The notes below the pieces were generated by a model that was not told the DNA's origin, made no database searches, and saw only the letters and a list, made by a program, of their open reading frames with translations. The translations under genes were made by a program, and so were the position numbers. This document shows, in pieces, positions 51,400 through 63,294 of a stretch of 64,000 nucleotides of DNA. This stretch comes from Lingula anatina (taxonomy: Eukaryota > Animalia > Brachiopoda): positions 14,422,651 to 14,486,650 of the forward strand of contig CM120647.1 in assembly GCA_051362555.1 (NCBI GenBank), read 5' to 3'. Each line of letters opens with the position of its first letter. Within the stretch, counting starts at the first letter, position 1.

Positions 51400-54300
51400 C
51401 TAAACCTCTGACATTGCAGCATTCTGGTATCCGGTGGGTGCTTTCTTGCGATCTGTACCATACTGGCCAATGAAGGAGCCGTCCTCGTTAAATTTCCCAG
51501 TGTCGATGTCTCCGTACTCTGCCATGCTGTCGTTATCACTGTCCAAAGGCTTGATGCTGTCTCTGTCCACATCTGTCAACGATGCCCTGCTGCCAGCCAC
51601 TGGCTCAGCATCACTGAAAATGGAAAACAGGTCAAGGTCATTTAAAAAAAAAATGTCAAGGCCATTAGTAAAAGGTCAAGGTCATATCAGATAGCTCAAG
51701 GCCATTTGGTTAGGTAACCATTATATGAACTAGGACAGTTCTGATTAAATAAAAATGAAAGGGACTGACATACTGTTAACTTTGGGTTAAGGTAGATAAT
51801 GTAACAGACCAAGGATGCTTTGGCAAGACTATAGCTCTAATATCACTGACATTAAACAGGGCCACAACACATCTAGGTCAAGGGCCATGGGATAAATTAG
51901 GGTCAGCAAACAATACACATAATAGGCATAACGGCATAATCTTTATACAGTCAAACATTTAAATTAGAGAGCAATGAAACGAAGAGAGGACGAAGTTGTG
52001 ATCACTGAAAACATGCAGCTTGACAACATAAATGGGTGACATGCTGGGTGACCCTGATCAGCAATCAATAATATCAAAAATACTATAAAGACCAGACTGG
52101 GGGATAGTGAAACTGTAAGCAGTGTCAGCAATCAGCGAAAGAAGCACAGCAATGGCAATGTGTCGGCAACTGAAAACAGTGACATGACGGCACAGTTCTT
52201 AATCAAAATGCCTATAAGCATCATTTATAAAGGGATAACCATGATAAAAATTAAGCTAAACAACCTGATATATCGCCACTCTTGAGGTGTTTTCATTTTG
52301 AAATATTTGGAAACTTAGGTATCACTATTAATGCCACAAATGATGACAATTTCAAAGTGCAATATGGGGGACCAAAGGAATGACTTCAAGCAATAAAACA
52401 CTACACTAGGGGGCAGCACTGGGCATGCTCATAAGTATTACAAGAAAAGATTTTCGCGTCACTGAAAATAACAATGACACGTGACTAAGGCACTGCATGG
52501 TGGGTGATAAATGCAACAAAAGATGGCGTCACTTGTACTGCATGTGATCACAGGTAGCAGAATAGAAATAGTTTACAAGTTTTTTCTGTAAATTCATTGC
52601 TGTGCCTTTACAGATGCAAATTTTTAATATGAAATTTTGGTGACAGTTAAATATTATATAATCTCATGAATTCACTTTTTGACACATCTTGCAATACAAA
52701 AAGTTTGCAAACAAGACAATTTTTGTTGTTTTCTGGCACACAAATTTCAATGTATTCTTGAGGTTATATTTCCAGAACTTATGTAAAAGAGAAGGAATGG
52801 CAATGTGTAAAATATTAAGCGTTAACAGCTTTAAACTTGATCATGCCTGTTGTAAAGTGAATGGTGCTGTCAGATACCATATCCAAAGAAGACATCCAGC
52901 AACAAAGATGTCAGAACTTTAGAGGACAATAAAGAATACTTCTCTTTCAAATCTGTGAATTAATTTTTTTTCATGTATTATTCTCACAAAAAGCACATGT
53001 ATCAGTTCATTTCCTCCCCCCAAATCAAAACCTGGCCCCTCAGAGCCATGTTACAGTTACAACATGACGTACTTTTTTATTGTGTTACCTGCACTTCACT
53101 AGGCAAGCTAAACAAATAAGCAACAGTATGACACTCTAGTCTGAGGCAATAAAACCTCAGATCGAGGCATCAAATGAACACCCCATACTGAGGCAATACA
53201 ACCTCAGACTGAGGCAATAACATTTCAGACTGAGGCAAAAAATTGACACTTCAGACTGAGGCAATAAAACTTCATACTGAGACAATAAAATTTCAGATCG
53301 AGGCATAAAACGAACATCCCATACTGAGACAATAAAACTTCAGACTAAAAAATTGACTCTTCAGACCAAGGCAATTAAAAATAAAACTTCAGACGGAGGC
53401 AGTGGCCATACATATAATGCATGCCAATAAGATAATTTAGCAGACATGACATAAGTGCATATTAACTTTAACTGTACAAAAAAATGTAACTTGTGAAAAA
53501 GGCTTTATAAAGCTAGTATTTTATATAATTTAGCAAGTTTTTTTTTTAAGATAAAAATAAGGTGTCACCCCTTTTGGACTGTTAAAGCCTCATTATTAAT
53601 CTGCAGATATCAGTTGTCTACAATATTAACAAATTTGACAGTTTTTTTTCCCATTTCAAAAGAAAAAGAAAACCAAAACTTGCTATGACACCTCTTTTCT
53701 TGGACATATAGTATAATATTTCATGTTCATAAGTGGTAGGTTACTATGGCAAGGTATTTCTTGTATCAAATGAATGACTGTTTAAAACAAGGGGGGTTAC
53801 TGTTGTATGTATGGACAAGCAAAAAACAATACCAAGACAATTGGGATATTACCATGACAATTAGTAATTTACTGTGACAACAATGTTGCTAAGCAACCTG
53901 ATATACCAGCAAGGTAAGGATTTCAAAGTTTTTGTTATGGGGCAATCTTCTACTCTTATGTAGAGTAGAAAAAAAGATGAAGTTTAAAGGTACTATCATT
54001 TGACAAATATTATTCTAAAGACAGAAAATAAACACATTGATTTAATATTTTACTTGGCTAGAAGAAAAAACAGGTACTTTGTAATAATTAAAACATAAGC
54101 TTCAAGCTAGTGCGAAACATGTTCAATTGTAAAACTAAACATCCTTATTCTCTGGTTCTAACACATCAAAGCACTTTTTAAATTATAAATTGAACTTACG
54201 GCCTTTTGTAGTCAGAGAAGCCACTGTCGGCCAGCTCTTTCTCTGGATCACGACCCGCTGCTCTCTCTTTCTCGTCCACTGAAACACAGGTTATACCACA

Positions 54301-55602
54301 TTAATACCACAAAATATATTATAAACTAAACACTGAGCAAAAATATAAATGTCCCATGCAATCTTTTTAAAAAGTTTTAAAAAATTATCAACATTATGGG
54401 TTATAATTATATTTATATTATACCTTACAAAATGAATTTTGTTGTTCAATGTGTTATAGATTAATATCAGCACATTTGGAGTCACCCATTACTTGTGCCC
54501 TATAAAATACACATGGATCATTTATATTTTGTGCTCAGTGTACTTGGCCACTCACAAGATTCAGACATTATTTTGGGTAGTTATGGAAAAGTAAGGAAGG
54601 AGTGGTTTGGTAGTTTTGACAGGGGGCATTTCAGGTTGAAAACTACCAAGAAACAATAGGATATCCAATCAAAATTGAAAAATAAGAAAAGGGAAAAAAC
54701 ATGTCTGAAGTTTTCAACATCATTCTTTTTTTTTTAATTATAATCGTTTCAAGATTTAACAATTAAAATGACATTCGAGGGCTTTTCTACTGCTACAGTA
54801 TAATTGTATTTTATTACAGTATACACAATTCAATCTGATTAAAAACTAACTTTAAACCAAAGATTGTAACAACAATAACAGACCAAAAGTAATGAGTCTT
54901 CAATAAAAAAGGGTCAATACAATGTATGGCCATGTTTTCTCCAAGTCCCTGTTAGTCCAGTCAGTCATGTCAAACACAAGTCAGTAGGAAACAATATTAA
55001 AATTGTTAAAACAAATGGAAAAAAAAAACAACAACAACACCAAGGAGTCAAAATGCATGCTTCCTCTAAATAGCAATTGACATTATAGCAATCATTTTTC
55101 TTTAGAAAAAGAAATAAAAATACTGCCAAACACGAGTATAAGTACAAGGCACATAGGTTAGTATGATTATAATAAGTAATTATGACAACAATCAAGCACT
55201 ATCTCTACATACCCGGATATTTGATTTCTCTATTCTTAGAGATGTAACACAAAGTGAACAACAACACCACGATTAGTATTACGAGTGCCACAAGGCTGAT
55301 GGCGACAATGGCGGGAACCGGAAACTGGGCTGCGGCTGCTCTAATGATGGGATCTAGTCACCATGTAGAGGAAGACAGTTAGCCACTCAAACATGCAACA
55401 TATTAAAGATGCCCATTAATGAATGAACATATCAACGAATGCACAGAGCATCCCCTATTCAAAAGTAAATTGGGAAACAGCCATTAATATACAGGGGTTA
55501 GGCTGGGAAAGGTGGGTAGGGGGTACTGGTACCACATAGAAACGAGCAGAGAAAAAGGTTCAGGGATTGTTACCCTGTGAAAAAGGGATGAATTCTCTGC
55601 CG

Positions 55603-55663
<61 letters not shown>

Positions 55664-58600
55664 GTGTACATCAATTGAAAAAGCAACATGGAAAGCAAGC
55701 CACATACAATATGAAAAGCCGAAATGTGCTGTTCTTGCAAAGAAGAAACGCGCAACATTCAAATGAAGCCAATATTACAACAACCCTGTGTGCAAGAGAA
55801 CAGTGAAAAAATTTTGAAACACCACCTGAAATGCATTCAAAAAGAAAAAAAAAACAAACAATAAATGTGGAGGAATGCCCCGCTAAAATAATAGCACCCA
55901 TGGGGATATCCCATCATGCATCAGCACAAACCAGCGACCTTTTCAGTGAGTATTGAAACAAAACAAAATGAAAGAGAATAAATCAATAAAATCCCAAGTT
56001 TTCCCAGTGGCAGCATGCACTATTGTCATCTTCAGTCAATTAGTAAAACTGGCTTTGGGCATCAGCGCCATCTTCAGTCGTGTTAGTAATACTTCCGAAC
56101 TCCCTCACTTAATCCTACCTGGATACGTCTCCCCCTTATTGCGCTGGATCAAGCAAATGATGATGATGATAGCAATAATTATGACTAAGATAGCCAAAAT
56201 GACAGCTATGATCCAGTAAGGAAATTCTGCAGTTTGGACGATAACCGCTGCAATAAAAAATGACATAGTTATATATTATGATTACTGGCAGCATTTTGGA
56301 AAGGTTACAATTATGAACATCCGAGTCGTATGTCACTTTGGAACATTACCACTGTGACAGTACTGAAATTTAATACAATCATATAATCAATACCAATATA
56401 TATCACAATTTGAGCAGACTGATATAATAAACAAAAGTATAACTAAGATATGTGGTTAGCAGTGTGGTTATTTGTTTGTATCAATTCAGCAAAACAGTGA
56501 GATGTAAATAGTGGACTTCTTTTAGATTTCTTTCTTGTTATGAAGACATTTTGCATACTAAAATGTAAAATATAAATCAATATCTGTTGTTATGATCTTA
56601 CTGTCAAAGAATGAAGGTGGGTAATTTCTAATGAAAAAAAAAACAATGTATTTTTTTATATAGGAGCAAAATTCCACAAAAAGTTCACTTAATATTTCTC
56701 CACATGCATACCTCAGTAATAAAATCAATCACAATGTTTGTTAAAAGTGTTTATTGAAAGTGTTTATTGTAATCATTTCTTATAGATACTAATTATGAGG
56801 TCCAACCAATCAAACGCTTACTTCGTAGAGCCTAGAATAAATTGGTGAAATTTCATGGAGACCTGTTCAATACTACATGCAAACACATAAGCATGCATGC
56901 ACCCACAGACAAGTACCCTCTCCATGTCTTTCTCACACACACACACATGCATGCAGGCACACACATCTAAACAGACTGGATTAAAAACAAGGCACATTAA
57001 TGAATATTATTTAGAAATTATGAAAAGAGTATGACAGATATGGCGGGACCTAGCATAAAACGATACAAATTAGCCAATTTACCATTCAAAAACTCTGCAT
57101 GCACTTTAACTGTCTCCTATCACAAATAGCTGGCACATCATATAATCAGCATAACAGATTTTAAAGCCAGGCTCAGGTATGAATTTACTTCTAAATAAGG
57201 TTATTACCCAGTAACTAAACTAAAAGGCAATGCATTTTTATACTGAGATCTTGGGAGAAAACTAAATGCACTTTTCATGGCATTCAACACTTAAAATAAC
57301 ACATGTACTGACAAAGGCTCTGAAAAAACAATCTAGCTGACATTAAGGCAGGGGCGGATCTGGGATATTAAGAAGAGGAAGGGGGCTGATGTAACTTCAT
57401 AGCCAATGTAGGGTTACCCTGGCTACTTAAAGAATGGATATTACTTCAAAAATTTAGCAGGTAGTAAAAAAAGCTCTTGAAGAGACTACAGGTGTTTTTT
57501 ACCTATGAGGCATGGCATTTAAACCCTTCATCACAACAGTGATCATATGACTGACTCTGGCAGCTATTGGCCAAAAAGTCATGCCTCACCATTTAAAACA
57601 TTAAGTCTCTTTAAAAAAGAATTATTTTTTTCAAAACTACAACAGAGAAATTAAATATAAAAAAATCCATCAAATTTAGATCTTTAATTACACCAGACCC
57701 ATCCCCCTGATACCGCCCCTGATAGGTGTGACACATACAACACAGATCAACTAACCTCCTGTTGGTTTGACAACTATGTTAGTAAAGGAGTTAAATAGAA
57801 TGATTAAATTACACATTAACAGGACTTAAATCTCATTTCTGCATTGAAATGTAAGTGAAATCTATGAAAACTAGATGTCATTGACTATATAAACAATTTC
57901 TTAATATCACAATAATATATGATTCATCAAATATTTATGTGAATGGATGCCCATAAAACATGCATTTTTTTAATATAAAATTCTTGATTTCTTATATATA
58001 GATTTTAAATCTGAATAATGTAAAAAACTGGCAACTTTTAACATTACAAAGATTAAAAAGAAATTCAAATCAAAAGAATCCCGTCTTCCTACCTGCATCC
58101 TTATTCCTCAAGGAAGCAAGCACCTCCACTGGCACATAGCCATTGTCCACCACACATTTGTACTCCACATGGACAGACCCCTTCTCTAGGCTTATGTCCA
58201 GGTCCACCACATGGTCATCGTCCATGATGAAGGTGTATGGACCTCCCGCAGGGAGAGGCACCCATTTTGCAGTGTCTAATGTCCTGGAAATATCAGTGTA
58301 CAGTCTGGTGTTAGCACATGTCACGTAAGAATTGAACATCAAAACAGGCTGAGAGGACAAGTGTATATATACATACATACCACGGGGCTGATATCAAAAC
58401 AAAAGGATTGCAGGGACCGATTCAATGAATAAGACGGAGTGACTGCCGCGTGCGAAAGATGGGCAGGAAATCAGCCAACTACTCACAGAAAACCAATGAC
58501 CCATGTCCCTGTTAATACACACGCAGCCACAAACCATTCACGCAAATGAAAATGATTGGACGGTGACCGCAATTAGGAAGTAAACGCGGGGTAAGTCCAT

Positions 58601-61600
58601 TCTTTGATATCACCCCATGCGCGGTGATATCAACGTGTTCTATTCAAAGTTAGGGGGTTTGGGTGGGGAACATGCACAATTTCCCTTTGTATGTGTGACA
58701 AATAATGCACTGTTACCCCCTCGCCCGATATACACGATAGCATGCCTTGCTGTCGCTCGGCATGCTATCGTGATATCGGGCTCGTGGACAGTGCATTATT
58801 TACTACATTATTACATGCAGAATCTTGAAATACATTGGCTATCTGCTGATAATCACAGCCATGTGCCATCTCAGACCTATATCTTTTGCACCAATCACCA
58901 CGTAAATATAGTGGGTGCTCTTGAAGTTAAGTTTCACATCTATTACTGGCCTATGGTATTACGATGTGACACTTACTTGTACATCCAGGTGAAGGTCAGC
59001 GGTGTGATCGGGTCACCCTTGGCCGAGCAGTTGAACCTAACGTTGGTTGGCTTATCTTCTGTTTCATAGACAATATTTTGTTCAGGATCGACCAGCAACT
59101 GAGTCCTCACTAGAAAAATAAATAAATAAATAAATAAATAAACCACTGATTTAAAATGAATGAGAAAATATAAGAAGGACAACAGAGACAGCTTGAAATT
59201 CAGTTTCAATGCATATAATCAAATTGCATATGACATTCTGAATCTGAATCTTGTGATGGAGGCAACAGAATAGCAATGACTGTGATGTGTGTATGTATGT
59301 GTACGCATGCATGTGCTATACAGCACATATTCATACTTGTGCACTGTGACCAATGAGCTGTTTGCAGCATCACCAAGATTACTTATCTCCTCCTTTTTGT
59401 CCAATAGGGGGCAGTTAAGCAAGATGAGGTGAAACCAACTCTGTCAACACTCAGATATGAAACCAGCCCCAGGTAAGACATTTCAGAGTTAGAGAGTGCA
59501 AAAAGCGGGCCATTTCAACTTACATAAAACATTCAGGTACACGCTGGCGTAGAGGTAGTCGTGCTTGTTGCTAACGTTGCACTGGAACACCTGTAGATCA
59601 GCTTTGCTGACATTCTTCAGAGTAAACTTGGTCGGCTCCTGCTCATCATACACAATCCTAGGCTGACTGAGATCTATCAAATCAAACATGGGACTGGTTA
59701 TAACGAAATTATAACACTTGTTTACTGAGGGTCAGAAAGTCAGCTGTTTTCTCAAAGACTGAATGTATTTGTACTGCTGAGGACTGACATCCAGTCATGT
59801 GATCATATTACATTGAAATTTGATGTGGGGACAAAATGTAAAATTAATGTTTAATATCTTCTTTTAACCACAATTTTGTTAATTTCGTTACAGAGTTGTT
59901 GTATTTTCTTTATATATATATATATATGTAGCTTATATCTACTTTGAATGTTGTATTTATTCGGTTTTGACTTTTCAGGTGGTGGTTGGGGGGGGGGGTA
60001 AATTGACACAAATTAAGTGAACCTTACCATACAAAAAATAATACCTCTGGAATTTTTACATTATTGAAACAATGACACTCTCTTTTTGAATTAATATATA
60101 TTTCATTGCTGCAAAGCCCCATAGACTGATGTTTGATATATTAAAAATGAGAAACCTTACCCAATTCCACACCATTGGAATAAAACTTGGGTTTTTCAGG
60201 TGCTGGAATCCCCTCTGTGCCACATTCAAAGGTGAAGTCATCCCCGGCTGTAACATTGGTGTTCTTAGGTAGCCCAGTTTTTGTCCAATAGGGGGCAGCT
60301 AAGCAAGACAAGATGAAACCAATATGTCAGTGATAACAAATGCTGTATAGTGCATGAGAGAGAGAGAAAGAGAGAGGGGAGGATGGAAGGAAACAAGAAA
60401 GAGAAAAGGCACATAAATTAAATTGCCTTACCTTCCACAACAACCTGAATTTCTGCGCTCTGAGAACCACCCGTATTGGACCCAGTGCAGCGATAAGTGC
60501 CCTCGTGGTCAAAGGTCACACCTTGAATGGCCAGATTTTGGGTTTTGTCTACAATGCCATCTGGATTCATTTCCCTGCCATTGGCATCCAGTTTGTACCA
60601 GCGAACAGTGGGGACAGGTCTGAAAATAAAGAGGCATTTCAACCACCTGTGCCAAAAATGTTTGTACCAAATGGTCCAAGAATTCAAGGTAACCCATGAA
60701 TAAATCCTAGGGAATACCCTTTTTCACACCAATACCCTTTTTCACACCAATAGCAAAGGGAGTATTTTATATGTACAAAACAAGAAGTTCAATAAAAATA
60801 ATATGGACACAGAGGAAATATATATCTTAATTGGCTTTTTTCATCCCAAATGTGACTACAAAGTATGGCTCAGGTGGCAAGCTATTAAATATATAATAGT
60901 GGCAATAATTGAGCCTTCAGTTGTTTTCTAAAATCCAACCTTTCTAGAGTGATGTGCCATCTCCTGTTACTTACTTTCCAGCAAAAATACAGCTCAGAGT
61001 TCTGTTCTGTCCCTTTAAGAAGACAACAGATTGTCCTGATGAGGGCGATGGTGCAGTTTTGTACATCAGCTTTGGGGCATTGTTGTCCAAGGGATTAGCT
61101 GGAATGATAATTATGAAGATGACAATGATAATGATGAACTTTAACATGGATCTAAGGTAAGCTCACAGTTTAAATAATGTTTTTTGTAAAAAATGTATTC
61201 AAAAAGACAATGATTTTTTTAAATCTTCCAGTAAAAACAAAAAATATAAATAAAAGATCAAACTTGGAACAAAGTTTTAAAATAATTACAATAAAATAAA
61301 ATTCTGTAATTGAAAAGAAGCAATACATCAACTATTTCAAAACCATCAATGCTAAAATTTGATCCTCCTTTGCAATAAGCTTTTTTAAAAATAACTACCA
61401 CTTACTAGTGTCAACATCAAGTTTAATTGGACTTCCAAAAACGGATAATTTCAGAAATGAATTGTACGCAGAACATCTATACTGTTGATTGGGTTGAGAG
61501 TCATCTCTAGTAACAAACGCAAACCTCAGAGCTCCTGAAACAAAATAAAAGTCACATCCAAAGTGATCCCATTTGACAAATATTTGGGTTTAAAACTTTC

Positions 61601-62771
61601 AGATAATAAGAACATAGCCGTCTCAACCCTTCACTTAAAGCCAGTCCACATATACCATTTGTGACCCATTTTCAGGTGAAATTATAAATTGGGTGCTCAA
61701 TATCTATTTACAACATCCCATTTCATCCTTAACAACAGCATGTTACCTGTAATACAGTACCATGCATGTAACATACTGTGCCAAAATATCTCATTACAAT
61801 AATACAAAAAGCATATTTTAAATATTTTCCAGTTTCTCTCTCTCTCCTTCCTTCTTTCTAACCCTCCTTCCTCTCCCTCCCCCCTCTCTCTCTCCCTCCC
61901 TCTCTCTCTCTCCTGTTAAAATCACAATCCCCTCAGTGCCAGTCTTACCACTCTCATCCACCTGTCTCCTCTTATCATCAGGCAGAATGGCCTGGGTTTC
62001 TTTCACGGACCCCGAGGCAGGCGTGTATAGTTCCCACTGAATGGTGGGATTGGGGGCCGCATAGGGGAATTGCGGTTTTCCTGAACACACCATGGTGACA
62101 TTCTCGCCCTCTCGGACCACCTTAGTCTCTACTGTCTGGTTGTAGGGAAAAGCTCCGGCCCCTTAACACAAAGAAAATAAGCAAGTTACACATTTTTTAA
62201 AAGATGTTAATAATATTGATGATCATCCATAACAGACGTCCAAGTTTATAAGTATAAGATGAGTATAATACAGCAAAGTTTTAATTTTTTTCTGAACTTT
62301 CAATACTTTTCATGTAATCATCCACTTTAATTTTTCATTCAACATATCCATTACATTTCCAAAATTATGATCTTTAAAACATTGGACAGTTGGGATGGGT
62401 ATGGAAAATATCATTACAAATATCTGTGCTTTAAACTTTTCATATTTCACGAGTCAAACCATCAAAGGCCAGCAGTTTGTATACTTACTTGATCTTTGGA
62501 AGAAGGCAATTGTGGACACTGCCACCATTCCGTCAGTATTTTTGGCCAGGCACTGGTAATACCCCTCGTCACCGAAACTTGGGCCGTTGATGCTGATGGT
62601 GCCGCCGCTGTTTGGTTTGTAATTCCAGCCTCTAGTACCCACTGACAATAACTCACCGTTTTTCTTCCACTCATAACTGTGGAGTATTTGAAATAAATAT
62701 TCATCATTTCAGATTCATAGTTTTGTATGGTTAATTTTACCTACATGCTGAAAACTAAATAAATTTAACTG

Positions 62772-62808
<37 letters not shown>

Positions 62809-63294
62809 CAATTCTGACTAGCAGTTATGAAAAAAATATACAATATCAAAATGGCAACTTCTTCAAAAATCTTCCATGTCAGCAAGCCATGCTAAATTGT
62901 CATGTCATATTTCAATTTAGCCAAAAAATAAATGAGGCTTTTTTTAAATAATTTTTGCCAAAGGATGTAATATGATTACTAAAATTGGCTTGTCTGAGGA
63001 CAAGGTATCTCAGTAAGTTCAGTTGTTTAGAAGGTAAATGAGCAATAACCAATTCAACTGAAAAACAATCTCCTAATATTTTTCATGTATTTTCATTTTA
63101 AATTATTTTTGTTTTAAAAGAAAGTCAGTATTTGGTAGCAGCGAAAATGTATTTATTTGCTATGGTATACACTTACTAAGGCTCAGGGATTCCTTCGGCG
63201 CGACAAGGTAATTCCTGTGTAAAAGTGGCATCATCTATCTTAAAGTAGTATTGTCTATTTGGCTGAACTATAAATCTTGGAGGCAGCTTCATGT
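51400..63294 (-). CDS. L1CAM/neuroglian/NrCAM-family Ig cell adhesion molecule (5 Ig domains, TM, FIGQY tail); 5' end probably outside the window
   Basis: Exons (minus): 63294-63177, 62676-62489, 62161-61949, 61534-61406, 61098-60975, 60619-60432, 60298-60161, 59673-59524, 59109-58977, 58283-58093, [56247-56119 or 55353-55213], 54278-54200, 51613-51400; phases match. A 26-nt exon at 63807-63782 is possible. Ig motifs: PCRAEGIPEP..WKKNG, DEGYYQC, AAPYW, DLQVFQCNVSNKHDY. Juxtamembrane QRNKGETYPVDEKE. Tail DSMAEYGD..FNEDGSFIGQY..SEV*. Confidence 0.92.
51959..52004 (-). CDS. Candidate alternative terminal exon of the L1-like gene (DHNFVLSSFHCSLI*)
   Basis: Acceptor gttttcag|TGAT has the same context and phase as the main last exon; the peptide ends in a CaaX motif. 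Confidence 0.45.
52401..52461 (-). CDS. Candidate alternative terminal exon of the L1-like gene (DAKIFSCNTYEHAQCCPLV*)
   Basis: Acceptor ttattttcag|TGAC in the same phase. It begins DA like the main exon (DAEP) and ends C-CaaX. Confidence 0.5.
53138..53401. repeat. Degenerate 20-25 bp minisatellite
   Basis: CAGACTGAGGCAATAAAACTT-like units, about 11 copies, in an L1-like intron. Confidence 0.85.
55213..55353 (-). CDS. Transmembrane exon B of the L1-like gene (alternative)
   Basis: gactag|..|gtatgt, 141 nt, phase 1-1: DPIIRAAAAQFPVPAIVAISLVALVILIVVLLFTLCYISKNREIKYP. Confidence 0.82.
56119..56247 (-). CDS. Transmembrane exon A of the L1-like gene (canonical L1-type)
   Basis: ttgcag|..|gtagga, 129 nt, phase 1-1: AVIVQTAEFPYWIIAVILAILVIIIAIIIIICLIQRNKGETYP. 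Confidence 0.9.
57349..57721. mobile_element. hAT-like MITE with CAGGGGCGG termini (intronic)
   Basis: Starts CAGGGGCGGATC and ends GATACCGCCCCTG; same terminal type as the 15954 element. Confidence 0.6.
58380..58802. mobile_element. CpG-rich non-autonomous element with two inverted-repeat pairs (possibly Crypton-like)
   Basis: CACGGGGCTGATATCAAA (58381) pairs with TTTGATATCACCCCATG (about 58603-58619). An approximately 100-nt hairpin AAATAATGCACTGT..CCCGATATACACGATAGCATGCC / GGCATGCTATCGTGATATCGGG..ACAGTGCATTATTT follows. CpG-rich within a CpG-poor intron. Confidence 0.65.

Noticed and set aside
55484-55901. Poly-Phe/poly-Lys ORFs; possible third TM exon
   Set aside because: Derived from a long poly(A) tract; no TM-exon homology or YP|donor ending.
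58617-59069. 150-aa plus-strand ORF
   Set aside because: Spans a repeat element and the antisense of an Ig exon; no domain signal.
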